The notes beneath the pieces were generated by a model that saw only the letters and a program-made list of their open reading frames with translations, made no database searches and was not told the origin of the DNA. Made by a program: the position numbers and the translations under genes. Shown here piece after piece: positions 1 to 9,840 of a stretch of DNA of 61,697 bases (its first letter is position 1; each line of letters begins with the position of its first letter). Source of the DNA: a virus. Its lineage: Duplodnaviria; Caudoviricetes. Location of the stretch: positions 1 through 61,697 of IMG/VR virus record IMGVR_UViG_3300047550_003451. One strand, written 5' to 3'.

Positions 1-212
1 GCGACGCCTGCGGCACAACACAGCACAGAGACACGAATGCAGCAGTGAACATCCGCAATTGGGGACATCAACAATGGACAATAGATCATGCAGGGCAGGA
101 ACTGCCCCAAGCGCCTGTGGATGTGATCACAGATATTCTAACTCATTGGGGTCTGCTGTCAGCCAATACGATCAAGCAGCAAGCCACAGCCCTTTAGGGC
201 GTGGTAGTTCAC
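1..212 (+). mobile_element. tnpB: 3' end of IS200/IS605-family element: tnpB C-terminus (Zn-finger/RuvC-III) plus right-end hairpin
   Basis: Translates to DACGTTQHRDTNAAVNIRNWG... (TnpB 'RDxNAAxNI' motif); ends in GCCACAGCCCTTTAGGGCGTGGTAGTTCAC. Truncated by window start. Confidence 0.88.
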
Positions 213-1112
213 TAATAAACAAACTAGCTTGACGTTCTCAGTAGTCAGCAGTTGGAGCCAAGATCCCACAACAGCCCGTCAATTTGCTGTCACCCAACCT
301 ACCTACCAACTCAATCCTCAGGTTATGGCAGCTCATGGGATCCAACAATCAAGGAAAGAAGCACTCAGCGGTTACAGAGGCGTGATTTTGAAAATGCACC
401 TTGACGCAAATCAAGCAATAGATGTGGATGCAAGCGGTGTAGGACATGAAAGCGAAATTGTTGTGCCACCGGGGACATATGTCATTGAAATTGATCAAAT
501 AATCAAGAAATATGAACACCAGTTACAGGACAAGGACACTGACATCAATCAAGTGGTGTTGAATACAAACAGAGAAGATTTGAAAAAATCTAATACTGAG
601 CATAGGTTCTTTGATTATGTGATTCATCATCATGTGAAAGAATTATCACCCAAGGCACAAGAGCACTTGTATAATTTGTATGCTCCTCTCCCAGGTGGTC
701 CATCCTTTGTATATGATGTGGATACATCACAAGATTATTTCACCAAAAAAGATCGAATCAGAGTAGAGTATCATGTGCCCAGTTGGAAATTGTTTGAATT
801 GGCCCATCAGGGTGCATTCAATTCACAAAAAATCAAAAAGATTCAAAATCTAGGCAAACAAATTATCAATCAAGCGTTGCCTGTGGTCAAGGAATATGCT
901 GCCACAGCAACGGAGTTCAATCCTCAATTACTCAAATTTATTGGACGAATGTCTCAAGACAATCGTATAGATAAAACTATCCAACAAGTATTCAGGAATT
1001 GAACAACCAGGTAAGAGATATCAACAAGATCAAAGATCCCAAAGAACAATCTCACGCAATTGAAGATTACAAAAATGAATTGACTAGATTGTTACAAAGA
1101 GTTGGTGGTTAG
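213..1112 (+). pseudogene. Interrupted ADP-ribosyltransferase-like gene (5' part cut off by the IS; frameshift near 990)
   Basis: SSWS..A..FA and HESEIVVPPG resemble ART S-x-S and E-x-E motifs. Frame is open back to the IS right end. Coding-like sequence QELNNQVRDINK...RVGG* continues in another frame to 1112. Confidence 0.5.
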
Positions 1113-1113
1113 A

Positions 1114-1932
1114 TCATAACAATTTCTTATCATAATCATCTACCAATCTTACAAGATCCTCATATTTTATACTGCTTGCGGTGTGCTTTTTGGCATTTTC
1201 AGAGAATAACATTAGCTCACAATTCATTACATGAGTAATATAATATGGATCATAATTTTTGCGAATAGATTCATTGACACTAACTTTATGATCACGAGTA
1301 TATCCGTTTGGGTTCTTTTTTGATCGAAAGCCAATCTTTTTTAGAGAGTTTAAATCAAATAGTGACGGATAATCAAAAACATTAAACGTAAACCAAAAAA
1401 CAGCTCTTCCATTATGGCTATATCTGTCTCTACAATTGTCGCAATATTTTCGGCGACGCATAGTAAGAAATTCTTGGTTACAATGATGGCAAGTGGAACA
1501 ATTTTGTGATTGTTGTAATTTTTTGCTTACTAGTTTGGGACGATTGACAGCACATGTTTGTGAACAATATTTTGCAGATCTACGTTTACACAGGGCCCCA
1601 CAGATAGCACAACTTGGTAAGTCTGGTTGATAATCATTTTTAGGATTGTAGCCATTTGTTTTGACAACCGAATTCCTGATGCGCATCTTTGTATCTAATG
1701 AATGTTGTCTCCTTGTATTACTATATGATGCAGAGCAAGATTGACTGCAAAATCTGAACTGCCCTTTTTTTAGGGCTGTTTGGCATGATCGACATTCATT
1801 TTCAGCAAAATGTTTTTGTCTTGATTTGGTTGAACACTGAGGGGAACAAAAAGTTTTACCATAACTTGCACCTTTGACCAAAAATGGGGAGGTGCAGAAT
1901 TTACAGATTTCTTGATATGGGTATTTGGCCAT
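1114..1932 (-). CDS. Zinc-ribbon-repeat protein with C-terminal HNH-like homing endonuclease domain
   Basis: Multiple CxxC...(F/Y)CSxxC repeats; C-terminal YTRDHKVS...NCELM...ENAKK; GGAG RBS before ATG at 1932. Confidence 0.6.
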   Translation of the reverse strand: MAKYPYQEICKFCTSPFLVKGASYGKTFCSPQCSTKSRQKHFAENECRSCQTALKKGQFRFCSQSCSASYSNTRRQHSLDTKMRIRNSVVKTNGYNPKNDYQPDLPSCAICGALCKRRSAKYCSQTCAVNRPKLVSKKLQQSQNCSTCHHCNQEFLTMRRRKYCDNCRDRYSHNGRAVFWFTFNVFDYPSLFDLNSLKKIGFRSKKNPNGYTRDHKVSVNESIRKNYDPYYITHVMNCELMLFSENAKKHTASSIKYEDLVRLVDDYDKKLL

Positions 1933-2038
1933 TGCCTGATCTCCAAGTAAATAGGTGTATGGGACAGCCTGGGGCTCCAAGCCGGGTTTCCATTTGCTGT
2001 AACAAATGGATTACCATTCTTATTTATATCTAATGTGG

Positions 2039-2067
2039 TTGACGTTTGCTAGATTTCAGCCTATATT
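2039..2067 (+). promoter_or_regulatory. sigma70-type promoter for the tRNA
   Basis: TTGACG-N17-TATATT, ending 11 nt upstream of the tRNA. Confidence 0.65.
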
Positions 2068-2078
2068 ATTCATGGTAA

Positions 2079-2155
2079 GGGCCGTTATCATAATTGGTTA
2101 ATGACGTCTCCTCATAAGAGATTTTATGTTCGTTCGAGTCGAACACGGCCTACCA
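2079..2155 (+). tRNA. tRNA with CAT anticodon, most likely tRNA-Ile2 (lysidine-modified)
   Basis: Full cloverleaf: acceptor GGGCCGT/ACGGCCT, D-stem TCAT/ATGA, anticodon arm GTCTC-CTCATAA-GAGAT, T-arm GTTCG-TTCGAGT-CGAAC, encoded ACCA. Has C4-G69/C5-G68 (TilS determinants in E. coli); tilS lies nearby. Confidence 0.9.
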
Positions 2156-2206
2156 ATCCTTTCCCACAATTTGACCTTATTCTCATCAATCTGTCATAAT
2201 TTGTTT

Positions 2207-2445
2207 ATGACACAAAATAGACGCACAGCCCCTATCCTCATTACGATTTATCCTCCCAAACATCTATTCCTGGTGTAGGAACTCTTGTGGAAAATCATAT
2301 CCGAGAAAAAATTTCCTGGTGCAAACAGAATTTGGAAGAGGATGATTGGGATATAGATCCTCTCAATGGACGTCTATTATTTCGAACGCATGAATTGTTT
2401 GTGTGGTTTGTCATGAGCTGGGATCCCAATTACAAGATCAACTAA
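2207..2445 (+). pseudogene. Small frameshifted hypothetical gene, paralogous to 2460-2672
   Basis: 3' frame reads ...EKISWCKQNLEEDDWDID...LLFRTHELFVWFVMSW, the same WC...W...F...F..W pattern as the next ORF. ATG at 2207 is in another frame. Confidence 0.4.
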
Positions 2446-2459
2446 CATTTAAATAGAGT

Positions 2460-2672
2460 ATGGCTCGACACTGGCCCTACCATTCCGTGATTTCTCCTCT
2501 AACTGCGGATCAACAAAGGAAAATTATCCTCTGGTGCAAAACTCAATTTGGAGATTTGAGTTACCAACATTGGGCACATCACAACACAAACTCCAAACTA
2601 ACCGTGTATTTTTGTGACCAATTTCTCAAAACCCAATTTGATCTCACATGGTGCAACACATTGCAAATATAG
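2460..2672 (+). CDS. Small hypothetical phage protein
   Basis: 70-aa ORF preceded by TAAATA motif; WC..W..F..F.LTW pattern. Confidence 0.55.
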   Translation: MARHWPYHSVISPLTADQQRKIILWCKTQFGDLSYQHWAHHNTNSKLTVYFCDQFLKTQFDLTWCNTLQI

Positions 2673-2685
2673 TAAGAATGACCTC

Positions 2686-3642
2686 ATGGACGTCCAAAGC
2701 GTCTCCTCCCTCATGCACGGCAAGAAAGATTGCCTGATCGGAGCAAGCGGTGGAGTGGACAGCATGTCCATGCTGCACTGGATGGCCAGGAACCGAGGCA
2801 AGCTACCAGTACCTGTCCGTGTGATGCACGTCGATCACGGCATCCATCCGAGCAGCGGAGATTGGGCCCAGCATGTCATGGAGACCTGCAGGGAGCTGGA
2901 CATCCGGTGCGAGGTCAAGAGGGTCAGCCTGGAAGGTCTGGGAAACAATCTCGAATACGCAGCCCGCCGGGCAAGATACAAGGCCTTCTGCGAAAGTGGT
3001 GCCGACGCGTTGGTTCTCGCCCACCATGCGAACGCTCAGTGCGAAAGCTTCCTCCTGAAGCTGTTCAGGGGTAGCGGTGTTAAGGGGTTGAAGGTGATGG
3101 GTGCCAGCGTTCCGTGCTGGTACGACGAGACCGTTACGGTGTTGCGGCCGCTGCTGAACGTAACAAGGGGAAGGATCGAGACATGGGCCGAGGAACACGG
3201 AATCATCAGCGTCGAGGACCCATCCAACTCGGATGACAGGTATGATCGGAACTACATCCGCAACCGTATCTGGCCGGTGATCCAGGAGAGGTTCGACATC
3301 GCCGACATCAATACCATCCGCAGCATCCAGCACCTCGGCGAGGCGTGGGAGCTGACGGTGATCCTGGCGGACCAGGACATTGCCTCGGTCACCATGCCGG
3401 ATGGTAGCATGGAATGGTCCAAGGTCAAGGATCTGGGATACCTGCGGATCAAGAACATGATCCTGCGCATCCTCGACAGGGAAGGGATCTATGGGTTCAG
3501 CATCAACCACGTAGAACAGTTTTCCCGGGGAATCATGGAAGCCGACCTTGACAGCCGGAATGAGCTCAGCCTCCGTGGATTTTCCATCCAAAAGATCGGC
3601 AAGCGCATCCATGTCTCAAGCAAGCAGCAGCAGGCAGCCTGA
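2686..3642 (+). CDS. tilS: tRNA(Ile)-lysidine synthetase (short form lacking the distal C-terminal domain)
   Basis: PP-loop SGGVDS, HVDHG, LEYAARRARY, LAHHANAQCESFL, RPLL, DPSN...YDRNYIR. GC-rich relative to flanks. Confidence 0.93.
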   Translation: MDVQSVSSLMHGKKDCLIGASGGVDSMSMLHWMARNRGKLPVPVRVMHVDHGIHPSSGDWAQHVMETCRELDIRCEVKRVSLEGLGNNLEYAARRARYKAFCESGADALVLAHHANAQCESFLLKLFRGSGVKGLKVMGASVPCWYDETVTVLRPLLNVTRGRIETWAEEHGIISVEDPSNSDDRYDRNYIRNRIWPVIQERFDIADINTIRSIQHLGEAWELTVILADQDIASVTMPDGSMEWSKVKDLGYLRIKNMILRILDREGIYGFSINHVEQFSRGIMEADLDSRNELSLRGFSIQKIGKRIHVSSKQQQAA

Positions 3643-3805
3643 CTGTAAATCGATCCGAAAGACCAGGGTCCATTCGGATGCCAAGGAAAGCCGTAACCGA
3701 CGGTTTGGTGAGAAGATATACGGAATCGTGCATGCCCCGGTGATCCCCAAGGACATCATCGGAGCCTGGGATCCTCCGACCTATCTGCAAAGCAGGCGGA
3801 CCAGC

Positions 3806-3967
3806 ATGCACTCCGCCACGGTGCTCAACAACGGCATTGACCGCAAGCTGGACCTGAGGTGTTTCTACACCGGCGTGGTATGTGACCCGCCTCCGGCCAA
3901 GCCAGAGTCAGGGTGGAACATGGATCCGAAACTGATAGTTATTGAGATCATATATTTCTATAAATGA
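3806..3967 (+). pseudogene. Truncated GC-rich ORF (possible HNH-nuclease N-terminus)
   Basis: MHSATV...LRCFYTG...; GC-rich coding style stops abruptly at ~3930 where the tnpB remnant abuts. Confidence 0.25.
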
Positions 3968-4268
3968 TCTTATATTTTTTAACAAAGGGACTATATGCTC
4001 CTCTGTTGCGGATATTGATAGCGCCATTCAAGTGGGCATCTATTTCATATCCACAACTCAAACACGAGAATCGTTCGCCTTGGCGCGATTGCTTGTGTTT
4101 GACCCCGCATGCACTGCAAGTTTGCGATGTGTATGCTGCATGTACGCGAGTTATCCGGACGCCGTTCTCTTCGCATGCATGTTCTATCCTTTGCTGGGCC
4201 AAGCCCACGCGCCAGAATTGATTCCGTCTACCCCAACGATTGGGAGAGAACTGAATTGTCTCCCACAC
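3948..4268 (-). pseudogene. tnpB: TnpB/Cas12f-like C-terminal fragment (different lineage from the other tnpB remnants)
   Basis: VHAAYTSQTCSACG...FSCLSCGYEIDAHLNGAINI; N-terminal two-thirds missing. Confidence 0.8.
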
Positions 4269-4295
4269 CTTGAATTCTATAATAGAATTTATATA

Positions 4296-7200
4296 TCAAG
4301 CACTTGCAGCACCCAATTGTGCACTGATCCATGTCTGATCAGCAATGCAAATGAACTCACATCGCAGTGCATTGGTGAGTGTTACCCCAGTGCTCCCAGC
4401 TATACCATCGATAGTTTCAATACCTTGTGCATACACTTTAACAGCATTAGCCCCTGAATTGAAAATTACAATCCTAGCTCCAACATTACTGGATGGTAAA
4501 ATAACTCCAGTGCCAGATGCAACAGTAGTTAACCTATTATAGCTGGCTGTTAGTTGAAGCGCATCAGCACGCACAGTGCCTGCCGCAGTCAATGTATTGG
4601 CAGTGCTTTCCAACACATGTTTGGTTGTGGATACCAAACCATTCACTGTAGTGCTACCACCAATTTCCAAATCTCCTCCTTGTGATTGCAAACTTAGAAT
4701 ATTTTTTGGCTGCCAATGTCTATACAATGTTAATGGATTACTCTCCACGCCCGCCCTTACTCCTGGAAGAAATGTTGCACTGTCTCCCTCACCCATCTGC
4801 ACATTGCGTATTAAAACCGTATATGCTGGTGTTACACTTACTCTTATCCAAATGCTAACCCCACTAAGAGGTGTATCAAATTGAGCAGATACAGCTTTCC
4901 AAGCAGCAGAACCCTCAAATTCCTCTGTATAAATGTCAGAGCCGCCTCTAGTTGTGCCTATGCTCACTGTTAAAACAAGTTCTGTATATACGTCTACATT
5001 ACCACCCTTATATCCCACACGCCAGGTGCATTCTGTTGCATAGGGCAATTGTTGTCCAATACCAATAGTAACTTCTTGATCCAAACATGCTGGATTACTG
5101 CCGTCACCAGTGAGTGCAATACCGCCTTCTGGATCAACTACTACTGTGCCAGTACCCCCTGACACAGTCCAAATCCACCCATTCTGCAGTTGGTTTTCAT
5201 TAGGAGATATACTATCATTAAAGTTAAAGTTTTGTATTACTTGCGCACCTGCAGTGGGACTGGTAGGAAATGGTTGAGTAGTAAGTTCTCCAGTACTAGC
5301 ATTATATGCAGTTATCAATCTCTTCAAGCCTGCACATGGCCCACTATAGTAAGCAAGATATCTATCCTTATACCAATCATCTAAATTGGCTGTCAATGGC
5401 GTAGCATGTAAGGTAGTAGTACTAGAATCAAAAGTTACATATTCACTTCTACCTGTTTGCGTTTCTCTTACAATCAAATCAACAACACCCTGCGGTGGTT
5501 GATATTCGCAAACACTAGTATTAACTGTTTCTACAGTAGAATATTGATTTAATACTCTATCACTAGTAAAGCTTCTTAATCTAAATGTACCATTATATTT
5601 GTCGTCAGTTAATCCAGCTGGCACGACAGCAGTTGATGGATTGCTATTCACAAGGGCACTTTGTGGTGTAAAAGATCTCCATTCGACTGTACCATCAGTC
5701 TTATCTCCAGAACCACTAGGTCCAGTTCCAAGACTAGCACTATTACCACTTGTTGTGCACCACCAATATACGCTGTTAGCGTAAATTATATCTCCTTGAC
5801 TGTAACTTGTGCTAGCTAACCAGTAACGAATACTAGTGGCACTGTAGAAATTCCATAACAGGTATCCATCTTGAATTTGACTTCCTGTGCCACTAGGTTC
5901 TAGTTGACTAGTTTGATTACCAACTGGTGACTGAACACATATATAATATAGTCCAGCACTGTTTTGTACACAGTCTCCTAAATTGTATGTGGTACTAGCT
6001 GACCAATTAGAAGGCGGACTAATTTTAAGCCTCCAAGTGACACTGCCATCGACTATGCCAGTACCCAAACCAGTGGGGTGTGAATTGCTGCTGGTGCCTG
6101 CAACCACGCACAAGTAAACATTGTTTTCAGTAGTTTGAACTTGATCACCCAATTGATAACTGTGCCCTGGCTGCCACCAAGGTGATACAAATGTGGGAAC
6201 CCATGCCCATATACCATTATTATCACTAATATATCCACCATAACCTGATGGTTCTGTAACACTTCCCACAATAGCTTCCATACAAGTATAAACCATTCCA
6301 GATGGCACTTTTACCTGATGATTAGTACTACTATTAGCTGTGCTATAAGTTTGGAGTGGACCAGCTTGCCATGAATTAATCTTTCTCCACAAAAAATTGC
6401 CTTTGGGAATACCTTGATATCCTTTGACCTCTAAATTTGCACCCAAGCTAGTGCTTTCTAACCAAGCATTACGTAGTCGTATTCTACCTGTTTGAATATT
6501 AGCATGACTGCCTCCTTGGATACTACCCTGTGCCCAATTGATTGCATTCTGATTGAAATTTACATCTTTTAAATCTACTCCATAAGCGGCTGTGGGAAAA
6601 TTATAGACTTCAGTACCATGAAATGCTAATAGTGTTCCGTGTAAAGGATCAACACCACTGTATCCTTGTTCACTAGTACCATATGCAGTTTTCCAACCAA
6701 ATGATAGTAATGAATTGCCACGTTTAACGTTATATGCAGCACTTTCTTCTACTGGAGCCATGCCATCTACGCTAACAATTGTCAATGTCTGACCACTCAA
6801 TGTTCTAGTACTAGCGTTAACATCACTCCACCAACCCATTTCATTGAATCGTTGGTTGTTAAAATTTCTAGCACCCACTCGAATAAATGTCCAAACAGCT
6901 GACCCATCCTGGATATTAGTACTGTAAGGATTGTCTAAAAAGATGTCATAATAAGTCCATACTACTGAGCCATCTGGAATGCTCTCACTTATGCCAGTTG
7001 GGGCAGTCGTACCACTGGTTCCTCCAGTAGTGCATTTATAATTTTTGCCAGAGGCATAGACTATGGCACCCACACTATACGACGTAGTTGCAGTCCAATC
7101 AATGCTACTTTTGTAACTGGTTCCAGCTACTTTACAATAATAGGTTTGTTTTGTAAGAACACTCGTTACACGTTTACCTACTCTATAAACAGTGTTTGTT

Positions 7201-8459
7201 GACCAATTGTCACTACGATATATGTTGTTGACAATTGAATTGTAATATTGGAGATGACTGCCACTGGCATATCCCGCTTCGGGTGCAACTCCTCCTCTAG
7301 TAAACCTAATGCCGCTTCCAACCCAAAAAGGATTGGTTGCTGGTGTAGAACCAATCCATGGAGTCAAACTGTTCACACTAGCATTAGCCTCACCAAAATT
7401 TATACGAAAAGTTGCTGCTCGTTCACCACCCCAACTTTGTGTAACATCACCATCTTTCAATCCTAGTGTATGAGTGATCTCCCAATTACTTAATGCACCT
7501 TTTTGATTGAGTGAACCACCAGCTTGTACTTGATCACTTATGCTCCATACATTTACAGGAGTTCTACCTGTGCTATTAAGATTCAATCCTGATGTGCCAG
7601 CAGTAGTACATTTGTAAATCATACCACTGTTATTAACATATGTGTCTAATGAATAAGATGTTTTTGCTTGCCAATCAGGAATGAATTGCCATGTAACAGA
7701 TCCATCTGTAATTGAACCACTTTCTGTGAGTGGTCCACCACTGCTTGCACTTGTTCCAGCTTCTGTACAAATATAATACCTATATGTTATTCTTAGACTG
7801 CCATTGGTTACGATGGCTCCTATCTGATAGGCTGTAGATTTAGTCCATGGTCTTGGCATTTGAGCCAAATAATCCCAGCGAAGGGTGCCAACACCGTCTA
7901 CAATGTTTGTTCCTGTTGAGCTAGGTCCAGAACCTGTAGAATTACTTGTACCAGCAACACTACAAACATAATTATTTCCTTGATTAAAAACAACAGTGCC
8001 TAATGTATAGGCAGTGCTGGTTTTCCATCCTACGCTGGGATGGCTGACATTCCTCCAACGCAGTGTTCCTGTACCATCTTGAATGTTACTATTTTTATCT
8101 ACAGGACCACTGTCTAATTTGCTAAGCACTGTGCGAAAATATAATGGATTAGCAGCATCAATATAATCCCATACACACGTGCCATCAGTTTGTTGAGTAA
8201 GAGTGCCTTGTGGACCCAATCCACTAGCACTGCTTGTTCCTCCTTGAGTACAAAGATATGTTAGTCTTCCTGGCCTATCCACATTGACTACAATATCTCC
8301 CGCAACAAAACTAGTATTTGTGTTCCAAGTTTTATTTACATTATAGAGCTTGAAATCACTAGCAGTAACATTCAATTTGTCACTTACCAATTGATTGACG
8401 TCGCCCAATTGACTGTTTGGAAAATTCACTGATGTATTGTTTGTAAAAAGTGTGAACAT
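4296..8459 (-). CDS. Tail fibre/virion protein with repeated CBM5/12-like modules
   Basis: 1387 aa; about ten W-x4-Y-x2-G-x2-V...Y-x-C-x3-GTS...DG-x-V-x-W repeats; upstream CATAAATA motif. Confidence 0.75.
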   Translation of the reverse strand: MFTLFTNNTSVNFPNSQLGDVNQLVSDKLNVTASDFKLYNVNKTWNTNTSFVAGDIVVNVDRPGRLTYLCTQGGTSSASGLGPQGTLTQQTDGTCVWDYIDAANPLYFRTVLSKLDSGPVDKNSNIQDGTGTLRWRNVSHPSVGWKTSTAYTLGTVVFNQGNNYVCSVAGTSNSTGSGPSSTGTNIVDGVGTLRWDYLAQMPRPWTKSTAYQIGAIVTNGSLRITYRYYICTEAGTSASSGGPLTESGSITDGSVTWQFIPDWQAKTSYSLDTYVNNSGMIYKCTTAGTSGLNLNSTGRTPVNVWSISDQVQAGGSLNQKGALSNWEITHTLGLKDGDVTQSWGGERAATFRINFGEANASVNSLTPWIGSTPATNPFWVGSGIRFTRGGVAPEAGYASGSHLQYYNSIVNNIYRSDNWSTNTVYRVGKRVTSVLTKQTYYCKVAGTSYKSSIDWTATTSYSVGAIVYASGKNYKCTTGGTSGTTAPTGISESIPDGSVVWTYYDIFLDNPYSTNIQDGSAVWTFIRVGARNFNNQRFNEMGWWSDVNASTRTLSGQTLTIVSVDGMAPVEESAAYNVKRGNSLLSFGWKTAYGTSEQGYSGVDPLHGTLLAFHGTEVYNFPTAAYGVDLKDVNFNQNAINWAQGSIQGGSHANIQTGRIRLRNAWLESTSLGANLEVKGYQGIPKGNFLWRKINSWQAGPLQTYSTANSSTNHQVKVPSGMVYTCMEAIVGSVTEPSGYGGYISDNNGIWAWVPTFVSPWWQPGHSYQLGDQVQTTENNVYLCVVAGTSSNSHPTGLGTGIVDGSVTWRLKISPPSNWSASTTYNLGDCVQNSAGLYYICVQSPVGNQTSQLEPSGTGSQIQDGYLLWNFYSATSIRYWLASTSYSQGDIIYANSVYWWCTTSGNSASLGTGPSGSGDKTDGTVEWRSFTPQSALVNSNPSTAVVPAGLTDDKYNGTFRLRSFTSDRVLNQYSTVETVNTSVCEYQPPQGVVDLIVRETQTGRSEYVTFDSSTTTLHATPLTANLDDWYKDRYLAYYSGPCAGLKRLITAYNASTGELTTQPFPTSPTAGAQVIQNFNFNDSISPNENQLQNGWIWTVSGGTGTVVVDPEGGIALTGDGSNPACLDQEVTIGIGQQLPYATECTWRVGYKGGNVDVYTELVLTVSIGTTRGGSDIYTEEFEGSAAWKAVSAQFDTPLSGVSIWIRVSVTPAYTVLIRNVQMGEGDSATFLPGVRAGVESNPLTLYRHWQPKNILSLQSQGGDLEIGGSTTVNGLVSTTKHVLESTANTLTAAGTVRADALQLTASYNRLTTVASGTGVILPSSNVGARIVIFNSGANAVKVYAQGIETIDGIAGSTGVTLTNALRCEFICIADQTWISAQLGAASA

Positions 8460-8500
8460 ACATTGGTCCCTATTGATCTTAATATCTATATTTATGTCTC

Positions 8501-8586
8501 GCCGCTATCCATCCAGGAAATCTAGCCCTTTGGCTTTCCTTGACAGATTGTGAACTACCACAGCCTAAAGGGCGTGGTAGTTCACA
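8501..8586. repeat. IS605-type left-end remnant (minus strand) plus palindromic double right end
   Basis: GCCGCTATCCATCCAGG...TGGCTTTCC (8501-8539) and TGTGAACTACCAC-N12-GTGGTAGTTCACA (8549-8586). Confidence 0.8.
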
Positions 8587-8625
8587 GCACACTGTCTGGG
8601 CTATTGAAAAGAGAGTGGTCAGGCC

Positions 8626-9058
8626 ATGATTGTTCCTGTGCAAAATTATATCAAAAACCATTGGCCCACAGCCAAGTGCATAGCTGATGCTGGCTGGGCT
8701 ATGCTGGCTGGTGCGTTGGCCTACAAGTGCCAAAGGCAGGGCCATCATCTTGTCAAGATCAATCAGTTGCTACCCAATAGCAAAAACCTGTATAGCATGT
8801 GGCACCCGCAAAAGTCACATGGATCTCAAGCAAAGAGAATACCATTGTGATCTTTGTGGAATCACTCAGCACAGACACACTAATGCAGCCATCAATATCC
8901 GCAACTGGGTACATCAACCGTGGACAATAGATCACGCAGGGCAGGACCTGCCCCCTGCGCCTGTGGATGTGATCACAGATATTCTCTACAATTGGGGTCT
9001 GCTGTCAGTGACTACGATCAAACAGCCAGCTGTTGGTGTTCACACCAACAGTAGTTCC
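8626..9058 (+). pseudogene. tnpB: Frameshifted tnpB 3' half with alternative right-end hairpin
   Basis: IADAGWAML..LAYKC / KTCIACG...YHCDLCG...HRHTNAAINIRN in two frames; ends CTGTTGGTG-TTCA-CACCAACAG-TAGTTCC. Confidence 0.88.
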
Positions 9059-9199
9059 TGGAATCCTATGCTTGGGCAAGCAAATACCTGGAAAACCCAT
9101 GAGAAAATTATTGGTTTTGTTGATCCTAAAAACTGGTTGACTGATTTCCGATTGGTGCTATATTGAATAGGTAAGCTGAAACAGAGGAGCAAAACAGCT

Positions 9200-9502
9200 A
9201 TGGCAAAGACTTTTACGCATATTGGTGCAGCAGTGTACAAGGGCAAGGACAAGTTTCGTTTTACGCATGGTCGTGCAGATGTTCGTGTGAAGACCATGAC
9301 CAAGGAGGGGTTCCAGGACATTGTGTTTGTGGAACTGCCCAATGAAATGACCAAGGAAATGGCTTTCCTCACAGAGCAGGCCCGCACACTGGCATCACAA
9401 CGGGGTCTGAAGATTCCTGTCACTTCCACACCCAATGCCCACAACACAGAGGATACCAATCTGGTCAGCGAGGAGTCAGTTCCCCAGCTGGCAGCAGCTT
9501 AG
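9200..9502 (+). CDS. Hypothetical (probably early) protein
   Basis: GAGGAG RBS; upstream TTGACT-N16-TATATT promoter. Confidence 0.7.
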   Translation: MAKTFTHIGAAVYKGKDKFRFTHGRADVRVKTMTKEGFQDIVFVELPNEMTKEMAFLTEQARTLASQRGLKIPVTSTPNAHNTEDTNLVSEESVPQLAAA

Positions 9503-9618
9503 ATAGGCCAGGCCCCGGAACAGTGTGAAAAATTTTGGTGTGCTGCGTTGACTGATATCTATTGTGAGCATACACTACACATGAGCTAGAACACATGCTC
9601 ACAATAGGAAAACAGTTG

Positions 9619-9840
9619 ATGAATCAGAAAACCCAAATTGTAAAATATCTACGAGGTACTGGTCGCAGCCTGACCAATCAACAGGCCTTGCACAAGTTTG
9701 GAGTGCGCAATCTCAGTGCTCGTATGAGCGAAATTCGTCAGATGGGGTTGCGTGTTCGCACACACAAGACCAAATCTGGTGATATTTCCTATGCAGTCAG
9801 TGCTAGGGATCTTGATGGTAGCCGAAGGCTTTGTGTGTGA
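9619..9840 (+). CDS. Small winged helix-turn-helix DNA-binding protein
   Basis: IVKYL...SLTNQQALHKFGVRNLSARMSEIRQMG; upstream TTGACT-N17-TACACT promoter. Confidence 0.7.
   Translation: MNQKTQIVKYLRGTGRSLTNQQALHKFGVRNLSARMSEIRQMGLRVRTHKTKSGDISYAVSARDLDGSRRLCV

Noticed and set aside
2079-2155. Initiator tRNA-fMet
   Set aside because: No C1:A72 mismatch and no three G-C pairs in the anticodon stem. TilS determinants and neighbouring tilS favour Ile2; elongator Met is not fully excluded.
2803-3612. 269-aa minus-strand ORF over tilS (and 43982-44941 over yeaG)
   Set aside because: Antisense shadow ORFs of recognisable genes, with no motifs of their own.
3948-4268. Active Cas12f/type V CRISPR system
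   Set aside because: Only a 106-aa C-terminal fragment, with no array or cas1/cas2.
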